This document shows positions 49,423 through 62,524 of a stretch of DNA of 64,000 nucleotides, piece by piece. This stretch comes from Hypanus sabinus (taxonomy: Eukaryota): positions 41,168,001 to 41,232,000 of the forward strand of contig NC_082727.1 in NCBI RefSeq assembly GCF_030144855.1, read 5' to 3'. Numbering within the stretch: the first letter of the stretch is position 1; every line of letters begins with the position of its first letter. Position numbers and translations under genes: made by a program. The notes under the pieces are model-generated. The model made no database searches and was not told where the DNA came from. It saw only the letters and a program-made list of their open reading frames with translations.

Positions 49423-52400
49423 GTAAGTACTATTATTTTTTTTCTTGTACCTTTTTGTGTTGTGCAAGATAACACATTTACCTTTACTCAAAATGTTTTA
49501 GGTAATACAATCTTCTTGGCACTGAGAGTTCTGATTTATTATATTTTATTATAGGCAAAGGTATACTCTTATAAAATTTAATCCACGCATATATTTTAAT
49601 ATGCATGATTACTGAATCATGTTGTATAAAGTAAATTAAGTTAGTTTAACCAGAAATATCCATGTGTCTAATTCTGGCAAGGAGTAAATTCAGAGTGTTG
49701 CTCTATATTGTATGTACAATCCATCTCAATTGAACAATTTTGTACAGCAAGTTGTGGATATGAAAAAGAACCTTTTTTTAAAAAAAATTGCTTGCGACCG
49801 GTTGGTGCAAATTCATTTGTAGGTCAATTGTATTTTTTATTAGTAGCTATTGTATTTTTTTCTGCCCAATTTTGAGCTTGCATTTGTAACTACATTATAA
49901 TAGTATACCATACAAAGCAAGGGTGCGCATGGTAAAGTGGTCTGAGGAAAGTTGTATGTCTGTATTTTTACAGGTTTTCATGTGAATGAGTACATCATGA
50001 AAGAATATAGAGCTTTTCGTACCAATGTGGCAGGAGTTTTATTAAAATATGCAAAAAGATATCTCAAGAGTTTTGTTAACCAGTCTATATGCAATTGATC
50101 TTCAAGGGTGTGTTTACTTTCTCCTTTCAAATTGCATTCCAACATTATAAATAAAAGCTCACATTAATAAATTTTATACAAGAAATCATCTGTTCCTTTC
50201 TGCCCTATGATGAATCTATATGATAAATTTTAATCATTTTTATTACTTTGGTTACTATAAAGCTGCTTTGGTTATGCCAATGTCCCCTCAATCTGCTCTA
50301 GGAATGACTTAATACGTCAGCTGGTGGAATCTATTATCTGGCGCAATAAATCAAGTCCCATATAAGCAGCAGTAGTTTCAGTCACGAAAAGATATCAATC
50401 TTTGTCCCACTCCTAGTTAGCTAGGTGAAGATCCTTGAAGGAGATAGTAAGACAGAGTAATTTAACAAGACTAGAGTTTGGAGTCTTGATGGAGAAAGAT
50501 AAAGCTTTCTCCTTTTATTCCATATAAATAAAATAAAAGCTACAAAAAGATTCCATCTAAGTTTCAGAGTTAATCAGGGTGCACAACAATTCCAATTAAT
50601 ATTAGTCATACTTTTCCACAACCATTGCAAGTTTGATTTTCTAACAGAAACCATCTAGTTTTTAGAGCAGTGTTTGAAACTTCAGTTACTAGGAGGAGGA
50701 GGCTATCATGTCCTTCAAGTCTGCTGAATCATTCAGTAAGATCACATTTGATTTTTTACCTCCCATCCATAATCCTGTTCCGTTTCCCTTTTCGCTTGAC
50801 CCCCTTTGGATTCTATGAACTATTTTCATGCTGAATAAATTCAACTAGTGAGAATTGAAAAGCTTCACAATTCACTGAAGAAATTCTCCTCATTCCTTTA
50901 TCCTGATACTAGACTTGGGAGTCCAGTCAGAGAAAATAACCTCTCACCCTCTAACAATGGGTAATGGTGTCTTTCAGAATCTTTTTTTATTATCAGTAAT
51001 AGTACTCCTCCAATTGATTGTGTTTCTCAGGATAACATCATCGGCTTCCTGATCATGAGCTTGTTCATTTACCTCTAACTAGCATCTTTTGACTAGCATT
51101 CAGGAATTTTAAAGGCAATCCTTTTTCTATTCTGTTCAATTAAACTTAATTCTGCTTGCATGCTGTATGATCTGTGTAAAAACTTTGAATATCCAAGTGA
51201 ACACTGCACTGGGTGAGGTTATTAATTTTAATTAATTCCTCTTAATTCCTTCAGTTTCTTGATATCAATATAATTAGTCATTCAAAATACTTGGAGAAAA
51301 TATAATAATATTTACATCCATTTTTTCCTTGGTTTAAAATTTCACTTTTACTCTAGCCCACACTGGACCTTTATTTTCTTCTGAAGAATCTGTTGAAAGA
51401 TTGATTGGAACCATGCTGAAAATTTTAAATGAATACTGCAAGTAGCAATTTCTGATCTGTCCCAAGGGAATGTGTCTTGATTTTAGACTCATCTACTTTC
51501 TTTCACATAAAAGTTAATTTTTTTAATAGTAATAGGACTTTTCATCTTTCACTTCAAATGCACATTAAGTTAACTGCAACTGGTCTAAAAGAAAAGTAAT
51601 CATCTACAGATTTAATGGGATTTCTTGTGCTTTATTGCTGAACTTGCTCATGGAGGTCACTTTATTTCACAGAAGTAATGAGATTAGAGAGAATATATTT
51701 TCCTGGACAATTTGTAATGGTAATTGTGACAAGGTTATTTGATTCCGATGAAGTACTGTATGTATTGTGTCGAAGAAGAGAAAGCTTTAAATGCATGTTG
51801 TATTCCTGCTGGTGAAATTCCTTCTTGAGGATAAGTATTAAAATAGTAACACTTCCATTCAAGTTATATTCGTTGAAGTCTGATTGCTATAAAACTTCTG
51901 TTCTTTGGAAAGATAATAATCCCCAATGAATGTATTGATTCTACAATGAGCCTCAAACCTCAGCAAAAGTGTCTTCCCCTTTAGCTATAAGTTTGGAACC
52001 ATTCTTAAGTCCTGACTCATCATGCTAAAGCATCTGTGAAGCTTTATCATTCTTCATCAAGGCTCCAAACCCTGGTCTTGTTAAATTACTGTCTTACTAT
52101 CTCCTTCAAGGATCTTTTCATTGTACACTCCATTAAGTTAAATTTGTGGTTACCTTTTCTCTGACTCGTTGCGTATGTTTGTCTGAATATCCCTCTGGGA
52201 TATATCTCACATTATAATAAATGAAGTTGTCAACCTTTCTCAGATGTACAGTATCTCATTGTAGTTCATTAACTGAAAAAAAAGGTGCCAAACAAATTAA
52301 GTATTTTCACATATGGTTTATTTCGCTTTGTGATAAAATGATATAAATGTAGTTTTCTTCCCAAGCTCAAGAGTCAAATTCAATGTTAATTGTACTCAGA

Positions 52401-53540
52401 ACCTTGGCATTAGAATGGAGCAAACCTCAAGGCATACTACTAGATTTAGGTCTCTTGCTGGAATCAATTGAACCTCCTTTGACATTAAATCTGCATTTGA
52501 ACCACCTTTTATGTTGTTTTCATGCATTCATCTAATATTGTTCAATAAAAGTGGAAGCATAGTTTGGATAAAACTACGAAAAGAGTAGTTTGGACAAAAT
52601 CATAGATTAGTGTCATCAATCTGATATGCTTAATGAATTATTAATTTATTGTAATTGTACTAAGGAAAGGTGTGCACATTCCCATTTTAGTATTGAGTTC
52701 CAAGCAATATTGCTAAACTGTTGAGACTCAGACTAGAAACAAATTCAAACTAATGGTTTGGATCCTAATTTATCTGTGTTAAATCCTTGTGCTATGATCC
52801 AGGGTGTGCTATCTTATTTGCTTAGGACTTCAACAATGTAATACAGAGGCTTGATGCAGCCACATTGCCAGATTTAATTTACTAGATATCATATCTGTAT
52901 CTAAATCTGAAATTGTGCTGATCTTGTCACATTATTGCTTCATGTTGATTGAATACAATGAAAGACAATTGCCAGTTTAGTTGTTTTGATTCAGACAATG
53001 ATCCAGTAAAAATCCAGTAAACAAAGTGATAGAACAACTAGCCATTGACTAGACTGAGATGAGTTGCTCCAGCTGACTCTGTACTGTGGTCAAAGAGCAA
53101 CATATTGGGGCATGATAACATAAAGCCATTGTGCCTTAGGCTTCAATTGTTTAAGCTCAATAACTTGGGTCTCTGGTGTTCCATTTCATTTGAAGTATTA
53201 AGATAGGAAAAATATTATTTCATTTCTTGTTCTGTCTCTTAATCTGGAATCCTGGATATTTGGTTTCGTGATGGGGAGTATTTTATATTCTCCATATTCA
53301 TTAGAAAGTCCCAAACTTTTTTTTTGGACTTCAATATTCCCTTTTCAGGTTTTAGCTTCATTTATATGTCTGAGCTTTTCTTTTGTTCTGATCTTTAGAA
53401 TAATGGATTTTATTTCCTGTACAGCCAAGCAGAAGGAGATTGAGTGAATGCTATAATCCGTGTATTGAGGCCATCAAGAGATCTATTATTCATAAATGTC
53501 TACCTCTCTGCAATCAACAAAGCTTCTTGCATTTGCTTTC

Positions 53541-53791
53541 TGTTATGGTTTGTAACTCCAGAACATAACAAACTAAATGCGAGAAAAAGGTGGGAGCCTA
53601 GGAGAATGAGACTTAATTTTGTTTTTACTTTAAGTGAGATGCACCTGTAATACACAGTGGCGGAGGATGTGTGCTAATCATGCACTTCGTACATATAACC
53701 ATAATGAATTATTTAAACAACAAAGAGTGCTTAATCAAACAATATAATTATAATATTACTCAAGTAATTCTTACATGCTAAATACACAGCA
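53541..53791 (-). mobile_element. LTR-like repeat
   Basis: TG...CA termini; diverged reverse complement of 56540-56785. Confidence 0.6.
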
Positions 53792-53849
53792 TGAAAGATC
53801 TGATAATAATGAGAGAGATGGAGGACTAGGTAGCCTTGAGATTTACAAT

Positions 53850-54190
53850 GTGAAAATCGACAAGCAATATGGCTTACACCAGAAATGAGCAGCAAATTAG
53901 TTAAAATGGAATTGGACACTGGCTAGGCTGTTTCAGTCATTCTACAAAATGAGTTTGAATCAAACTGAGGTCTGTAGATATCCAACTAAGGATATCTTAG
54001 TTTTAATATCTAAGGATTTCTTCTACTGAAGAAATGATAACTCCTGTGGGAATGGCATCTGTAACCATGAAACAGTAACAACCAACAAGTCATATTGGGC
54101 TTGTATGTGGTTGAAAACAGGAGGTCCAGCATTGTGGAGACATGATCAGCTGAATCAAATACAACTTGATTGGAGATCCATCCATAATTT
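53850..54190 (+). mobile_element. Gypsy-type LTR retrotransposon protease remnant
   Basis: IWLTPE..KLVKMELDTG*AVSVI...QIQLDWRSI, a retropepsin LDTG motif with stop codons. Confidence 0.7.
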
Positions 54191-55229
54191 GCATGTCACA
54201 TCCCTTGTAATAGTCTTGTAATATAAGACTTGGGAGCAAAATTAGATCATTCAGCCCATTGAGTCTGCTCTGCCATTATATCAAAGCTGATCCCGGATCC
54301 CACTCAACTTCATACACCAGCCTTCTTACCATAACCTTTGATGCCCTGACCAATCAGGAAACTATGAATTTTTGTTTTAAATATACTCATGGTCTTAGCC
54401 TCCACAGCTGTCTGTGGCAGGGCTTTCCACAGATTCACTCTTCTCTGGCTAAAAAAAAAATCCTCCTTGCCTGTTCTAAAGGGTCACCCCTCAAAATTGA
54501 GGCTGTGCCCTCTAGTTCTGGACACCTCCACCACAGGAAACATCCTTTCTACATCCACCTTATCTAGTCCTTTCAACATTCAGTAGATTTCAATGAGATC
54601 CCCATGGATTCTTCTAAATTCCAGGGAGTACAGGCCAAAGCTGCCAAATGCTGCTCATATGTCAACAAAGTGAACTAAGAAAGCACCTGATGACGCCACA
54701 ACTGTCTCTATTCTGTATATCATAAACTATTTCCCAATGAAGGGCAAATAGGTGTTGGTGCCAACATCTGTGCCTCTGGTTGGAAAGCGTAATGGACCAA
54801 GGACGGACCATGCTGTTCAAAAGAATCATGAAATTAATGAAAGCAGTGATTCCGACTACAACAGATTTTGTAGGCAGCGTATCTGAGACAGCTTCTGATA
54901 TGTTAATTAGGCAGTTACTTGCAGAATGTGGCTTGGTTTAAGCTGGAAGAGAGTTCAAGGAGCTTCAGGCTCTGGTGAGTATAAAGAACCCGAATCTGCG
55001 TGCATTAAGGTTATTGCATGAACTTCATGTGGGAGACAACAAGCTGCTTGCAAAAGTAGATGCAAAGGCCAAAAAGAAAGGAGTTAATGGAGATATGAAA
55101 ACGGAGGATTTGTCAGATGATGTTGTGGATGAGGAAACCAAGAGGAGATGATAGCTTGCTATGTCCACCATGCATGGTGTTACCTAGCGGATACACAGTA
55201 TTACCGGTAGATTTATGCCACACATACAG

Positions 55230-56052
55230 CTTAATGTTGAGGGCCAAAGAGCTCCTCTTTAGTCTCATCTGACCACAAAACCTTCTTCCATATCCTTACA
55301 GGTTCTGCTAAGTAATGTTTTGCAAAGTCTTCATGGGCAAAGATGTATTTTTTTTTAGCCAGGTTTCATCCTTGTCACTCTTCCTTTTGTGCAAAGCTTT
55401 AGAGATTGTGGAGCCATGAGCTTCATCTGCAGTTGCAGCCATTAACTTCTGCATCTCACTCAGAGTGACAGTAGCTTCTCTTACAAATGCCAACCTTCTC
55501 TGGCGATTAGATTTAGAGGGTCAGCCTGACCTATGCAGTGTGGCTGTGCTTTCATATTTAATCTACGTTTTCACGATGGACTGCACTGATCTCTGAGGTA
55601 TGTTCAGTGCCTTTGAGATGGTCTTGTACTCTTCCCCAGATTTGTGCTTCACTATTATTATTTCCCTGACTTGCCCTGAATGTCCTTTTGTCTCCATTTT
55701 GGTTTGGTCTGTTGAAAATCTACCATACTGTTGGACCTTCCAGAGAGAGGGTGCGTTTATTTAAGCGATCCTCCAATTTTCTACAACAAATTGGGTGAGT
55801 TGGTAAGGTAATATACAGTATTGCATCTGAGGAAAGTTAGCACAGTGATTACAAAGGGAATGAATACTTCTTCATTTCACAACTTTGGTGTACAATTTTT
55901 AGTAAATTGTGACAGGTTATGGAATTTCTCTTTTGATTTGACATGTTTTGCAGATGAGCTCAAAATCCTACTTCAATATATTTTAAATTTAGAAAATGAG
56001 ATAGTGATGCATGAAAGCAGTTGTGGGGGCTGAATACTTCTTCAAGGCACCG
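55230..56052 (-). mobile_element. Tc1 transposon fragment
   Basis: Minus strand starts TA|CGGTGCCTTGAAGAAGTATTCAGCCCC (Tc1-type TIR) and encodes VLWSDETKEELFG, the first D of the DDE triad. Confidence 0.85.
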
Positions 56053-56539
56053 TATATAGTATTTGAACTGTGCGTAGTCGCACTGTCATGAATGTTGAGA
56101 GCATAGGGTAGTGGGCTAAGCATGAGTCTTTGAGTCATGAGTCTTGTATGTCTGTGTTGATCGTGAGGAGGAGATGCTAATCCACACAGAACGTGTTCTC
56201 TAATAAGAAAGTTGATAATCCAGTGGTGGAGGGTGTTGCGGAGATCCAGGCTCAGATTGGTTAGTAGTACTGAGGGAATGATGGCGTTGAATGCTGAGGT
56301 GTAATTGATAAATGTATGCCTTGTAGTTGTTCAGGTGGTGCAGAGTTAGAGTGGAGTTGCTGTAGTTTGTAGATGAACCTATGAGGCAATTTGGCTGCTG
56401 TGACCTAATTCAAGCTTAAATTAATACCTCCTTTTCTTGGAGAGTTGCCTTTGTTTTTATTTCCCCTTAGTTTAGTTTATGTTTATTAGTTGACTTGCAT
56501 TCTCTATTGATTCGGAGTTTATAGCTAAGCAGGAAGAAG

Positions 56540-56785
56540 TGTTGTGTATTTAATATATCAGTAATATTTGAGTAATATTGTAAATTCTTTGATTAAGCAT
56601 TCTTTGTTGTTTAACTAATTTGTTATGGTTATATGTATGAACTAAGTGAATAGCTTACATCATCTCAGCACCATGTCATCTACTCACACCTCGCTTAAAA
56701 TAAAAATGAAACTAAGACCCACTTTCGTGGGGTCCTGTCTTTTTCTTGCAATTAGTTGAATGTTTTGGAGTTGCAAAAGATAATA
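56540..56785 (+). mobile_element. LTR-like repeat
   Basis: TGTTGTGTATT...AATAAA...ATAATA; same family as 53541-53791. Confidence 0.6.
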
Positions 56786-58356
56786 TTTTCTGTCTTGTCT
56801 TTTGCTTATTTTCTTCCCATTTCATTTAATTTTCCTCTTTATAAGCTTGAATAAGACATTATTTGTTTATGAAGTTTGATCTTCCAGAGAATGACTAAAC
56901 TAATCCACAATTTCTAATTGTGGTGATATTGTTGTCATCATGTGTTGCCGTGGCTGTCTTTGGATGTTGGAGTTCATTCACTTTATAGAAACCCACAACA
57001 CTTGCATTACATTACAACTGTGGAGGCCATCTCCTATTTAATATAGTAATGAGTACGTCTCTGCTTTTTTTTAGCTTTGGGATAAGTTGTTATTGTTCAC
57101 CTAATTTGTTTTTTGAAAGGACTTTTGATTTTGGAAATTGGTAATCCTGAACCCTAAAACAAAGAATTAGCTGACATTGAATGAAATGACAAGATCTCAA
57201 ATAGAACCAAAGTCATTACAGATGCAGAGAAATGCTCCAGTAGATGAGACAGGGAATTGAATGTCCTTATGTCTATGATCCTTGAATCATAATTAATGAA
57301 GGAGGAAAGTACTATAAATAATTCAGCAACTCCTCATTAATGAGTTACCGTTAGCTAGCTCTGATTATAAACCGCTGCTGACAGAGTCCTCCAATTCCCT
57401 TGTCTTTCAAATACCCTCTTTTAAGTAATTGTAAGTTACGATAATGGTTTAAATGCTTGTTAGCAATTCAGTGTGGTTAGAAAGAATGGTTACAAAAATG
57501 ACAATCCTTAAATTTTGATGAATATATTTTTCAACAGTATAATTAAATGGATAATATAATGAAGGAAATGTCCACATTCTGTCTACAAAATGTTTTAAAA
57601 TAAATTCTTCCCATCATCATCATGATACCTCTTCTCCACAGGCCACACCACATCACTGAGGTGGTATTTCACTGAGGCAAGCAGAATAGAAATGACCCAT
57701 TTGGATCTTGCACTAATCTATGTCAGTGCTGCTGGAATTGTGAGAATTAAGTTTGTATGGTTAGTCATCTTTAGTCTATATCAGTGGAAAAATTGCACAC
57801 AATCCCTCTGAAATGACTTGTATATTCAGGTTCTTCTTCAGTCCTCCATCTTTTGAAACGAGAAATACATTCTGTGTGTATGTATCGAGAGGCAGTACAG
57901 TTCTGTAGCAGATAGTACATCACTTTACAGCACCGTCTGTAAGTGTAGGGTTTGATTCCTGCCACTGTCTGTAAGAAGTTTGTACATTCTCATAACTGCT
58001 GGGCTTCCTCTGGGAGCTCCAGTTTCCTCCTACGTTCCAAGGATGTGCTGTACATTTAGGGTTAGTGAGTCTCAGGCATACTGTGATGAGACTGGAAATG
58101 CCCAGAATTTGATTTGATGTAAATGGTGCATTTCACTGTATGCTTCTGTGTGACAAGTAAAGCTAATCTTTCTTTCTTTCAAATTTGCCTCAAACAAAAT
58201 AAAGATGCAAAGTATAAAATACTGAATTAAAGATAATATATTTGCATAGAACGTGTTTCCAAATGTGTTTATACAATTATTTGGACATATAGTGATATTA
58301 CACTTAATTTCAAACTAGTGGCAAACATGGTGTATTGATGTGCTCTAGTTAAAGAT

Positions 58357-59045
58357 GTCTTCTTTTTGGGCTTTTAGCTCCCAGTGGAGCATGGGTCATT
58401 GATGACCTGCTGTCCCATTGTCCTCTGTTCTGAGCCAGTTTCTCGAGGGTAGACCAGCAGTGTCCCTGTCGTCTAATTTCAGCCATGATGTCTCTCCTCC
58501 ATGTGTTCTTTGGACATCTCTTTTTCCTCCTTCCTTGGAGATTCCATTTTAATGCCTGCCTGATGATGTTGTTGGTTGGCTTCCTTGAGGTGTGGCCAAT
58601 CCACCTCCATTTCTGTTTGCATATTTGTATCTCTATGGATTCCTGGTTGGTGCTTTCCCACAGTGTCTCGTTGGAGTCGAGCCTCTTTAGATGACATCCA
58701 TTTTGTCTCACTCAGTCCAAGAAATGACAGTTTGTACCTTTTCTTCTTGTTTACTATGATGGTGGATTTTCCTGCCTGGTACATGGCTCTCACATTCCAG
58801 GTACTCAAGGTAGATATGGTGACAAAAGAGTTGTCGCTGTGCAGGATCCTGATGACTTTCCCTGTGCTTCATCATGTGCTCATGTCTCACAAAGTCGATG
58901 GTACGGTTGAATCCATCAATGTTTCTGCAATCTGTTGTATCCACTGTACAGGGGATTGACCGATACAGCTTCACCAGAGCCCTGTTGGCTGGCCTTGCCC
59001 GTTTCCTCCTCTCAGGATGGAGACATAGGGTTGGACTTTGAGAGG
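58357..59045 (-). mobile_element. Internally deleted RTE-clade LINE
   Basis: Endonuclease start TWNVRAMY..LGLSETKW fused to the C-terminal KWRWIGHT..RQALKWNLQGRRK..PKNTWRR. 11-bp TSD TAGTTAAAGAT (58346-58356 / 59046-59056). Confidence 0.85.
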
Positions 59046-59889
59046 TAGTTAAAGATATACTAGTTAATTTTGTATGTGCACAGCAAATTGATCATTTGGC
59101 CCTGCAATTTGCAAATCTCATCAAGCAGGTTCCTTAGATGCCATTCATTTTGTATATATATTTTAGAAACATTTGATTCCTTAAACTTTTGGTTGCTTGA
59201 GGATAGATTTATGGGCTCTATTAAATTGAGTATCAAAATTTTCTGTAGAAACAAAACTTGTCAAGGTGATGTGACTGTGAAGTGCAGCTTCAGGGAAGGA
59301 AATTAAAGTTGCAATTTATATTGAAGTAGTGTGAAAGAATGTAGCTTGGGAGGAAACAATGAAATAGAAAAATATACTTAATGGTAAACCAGGAACCTTG
59401 GGTTTCAGTGCATAACACTCTTGAGTGCATATGTACTTAGGTTAAAAACTGCAAGTTCAGGGGTTTATAAGGCCTTGAGTAAAATAAAATAGCAACAATA
59501 AGTTTCAAATGCTCCATTGTATGATAACCATTGGGCTGATCTTGTTGGCTATTGCCGGTGCTTCTGACTGGAAATGCTGGTCATCAAGCCTGTCAAACAT
59601 GGAAGCCTAGGGCTGGCTGCTAGATTAAGAACACCAAATCTGGTTTTGATGCTGGACTGAGTGTCAGGTAGGTTTAAAAATGATTAAACTCAGTGACAGC
59701 ACTTGTAAGTGGTGTAGTTTGGTTCCTTCCTTCGTTAGCTGGCAGAATGTTTCCAGAAATGGGAAATTCACCCTCCACTCTCTGTTGGCCCCTTGCCTCT
59801 TCAAAACATGGTGCTGAGCTTTTGGGTCATCGAATGCCAGCAGGATTGACCTTCTCTGTCCACGTCAGTTAAGTGTAGATGTGCTGTAA

Positions 59890-60620
59890 GGTATCGGAAC
59901 AGAATTAGACCATTCCGCTCATCAAGTCTGCCCTGTCATTCAATCAGGCTGATTTTTTTTACCCCTTTCTCCTCCCTTCTCCCCATACCACTTTACCAAA
60001 CAAAACCTATCAGTTTCTGTCATAAGTACCCAGTGACTTGGCCTCCACTATTCTCAGTGGCAATGAATTTAACAGTTTCAACACCTTCAGCCTGAAGAAG
60101 TTCTTTTTCATCTCAGAACAAAGTGTGTCTCATTATTCTGAGGCTGTGCACTCAGATCCTAGCTTATCTTACAAAAATAAATCTCCTTTTGACTTGTGTT
60201 CTATCCAGTGTCTTCAGTATTCGGTAGTCTTCAATAAGATTCACCCCTCATGCTTCTGAGCCCATCAGGTACAGATCCAGAGCCCTCAAACGTTATGAAG
60301 TTTCTCAATCATTAGAATTTTCCATACCCAGAGTCAATTCTTGTGAACCTCACCTGGACCATCTCCACTGCCAGCACATCTTTGCTTAAATATAAAGCTC
60401 AAAATTGTTCAAAATATTCCAAATGCAGTCTGACTAGTGTTTTATAAAGCATCAGCAGTACATTTTTATATGCTTACTTTTATACTCTACTCTTTTCCAA
60501 ATGAATGCCCAGCTTGCATTTGCCTTCCTTATCACAAACTCAAACCTAAATGGAATTCTGTACTAAACTCCTCAAATCCTGTTGTATCTCTGATTACTAA
60601 ATTTTCTCCTCCCCTACACC
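59890..60620 (-). mobile_element. CR1-type LINE 3' region
   Basis: Reverse-orientation CR1 C-terminal and 3' UTR motifs; related pieces at 4960-5240, 23390-23705 and 54225-54660. Confidence 0.6.
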
Positions 60621-61997
60621 TTTATATTTCCTACTAACTCCATACTTTCTGAATATGTAGTAATGACTATGGAAGCTGATTCTGAGAAGGGATTGATAAA
60701 TGAGATTTGGCCAATTAAAGCTGCTGTAAAGGTTACATTCGATGGAACGATACCAAGGGTGGGAACAGTTTCAATATGGGAAATACATTGTTGTGGTTTT
60801 GGAGTCCTGGAGGAGAAACAATCAGTTTAAAGTTATTGAGAGCAAGGTGAGAAGATTGGAAATGAAGTACATAAGATTTTGCAATATAGATTTTTTTTAT
60901 TTTAACCACATAGTGGCTTATATAGTGAGATTTGTTTAGTATTGCTAACTCTCAGCACAAACATGCACTGTTTTTATGCTGTAATAATGTATGGTTTCTG
61001 TAGCTGTTTACCATTGAAACTTGTGTCTTGAAACTTTTTCCATATTTTGCATTCATCCCAAGGATGAATTGCAGACTCAGTGTGATTTAACTCATTCATT
61101 TGGCCCCTGGAATTTTGTTTTTCTTTTATATTTTCATTTCTTATTTTAATTGAAGCACTTTTTCTGTTAGTCGTGTTTTGTTGATGTATTATAGAGAAAT
61201 CTTGTTTTTTTTTTGTTTTGATTTTGCTATCAGGAAGTGCTACCACTTATGGCTACTGAAATCTAGATAGCAAATTTGATAATCCTATCGTGTACAGTAT
61301 TTTGCACATGATCCAGTAGCTATAATGTATCCGCCATGGAGCCTTCTTCTAGATATTTCCCTCTTCTGTGTTACTCTTTCTTGGCAACACTGTGCTGAAT
61401 TTATGCAGTGTGTTCTCTGTAACATCAGTCTCCTTTCTATAATGGGTCACTAATTGCTGATCCTGGATAAACTATAATTGTGGCGTGACTGCTGCTTTGT
61501 ACAAATTAATCATTACTGCCTTCAATTTGTGTATCTGTTCCCCTAAACAAAAAAAAAAATCCCATTGCTTTTTTCCACAGATAGCTTTGCTCATGTGGAA
61601 TAACTGAAAGATGTACTTCAACCCTTAGGTCAATTTGTTTAATCTTGTCACTCTTTTCTGCCTGCCACCTAAACTTCCTTGCTTCATTGCTTTTAGTGTT
61701 GTTTTTCTTTGTTTCTCCCAGGAGGCCTTACCCAACATCTTCTTATTTGTGTCTCCTCTCCATCCCTGCCATTAAAATAAAATCTTTAACACTCCTTGTA
61801 TACCAACTTTATGTTTTAGTGTCATCAGCAAGTTTCACATATATGTGGGAATAGAGTACGTGGAGGTCAATAGTTGGTTGTATTTTTACAGATTAGAGAT
61901 AGCACTGAGCCCAGAAGAAACCTACAGTACGTCCAACATGTCTTTCCAGTTCCAACAGGGCCCATTTAATGTAACTCCTCTGTCAAACAACTTATCT

Positions 61998-62524
61998 AAA
62001 GCAACACACATAAAATGCTGGAGGAACTCAGCAGGTCAGGCAGCATCTGTGGAAATGAATTTACACTCCATGTTTCGGCCTGAGATCCTCCTTCAGGACT
62101 GGAAAGGAAGGGGGAGGATACCAGTTGAGAAAGGTGGGGGGGGGGGAGGGGAGGAGAAGGAGAATAGCTAGAAGGTGATAGGTGAAGCTGGGTGGGTAGG
62201 AAGGGTAAAGGGCTAGAGAAGAAGGAATCTGATAGGACCACAGGAGAAAGGGAAGAAGGAGGGGACCCAGTGGGAGGTGATAGGCAAGTGAGAAGAGGTA
62301 AGAGGTCAGAGTGAGGAATAGAAGAAGAGGGGAGGTGGAGGGAAAGATTTTTTTTTACCAGAAGAAGGAGAAATTGATGTTCATGCCATCAGGTTGGAGG
62401 TACCCAGCTGGAATATAATGTGGTGCTCCTGCACCCTATAGTTGGCCTTTTTGTGAGACAAGAGGAGGCCATGGACCGACATGTCAGAATGGGAATGGGA
62501 ATCGGAATTAGAATGTTTGGCCAC
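61998..62524 (-). mobile_element. Penelope-like 3' fragment
   Basis: Same family as 37150-38640 in reverse orientation (CATGCCATCAGGTTGGAGG; AAATGCTGGAGGAACTCAGCAGG). Confidence 0.75.

Noticed and set aside
53410-53450. Possible CPEB3 24-nt microexon (xRxYGRRR)
   Set aside because: CAG|CCAAGCAGAAGGAGATTGA|GT is 19 nt, puts RRR in the wrong frame and lacks YG. No true microexon was found in the window.
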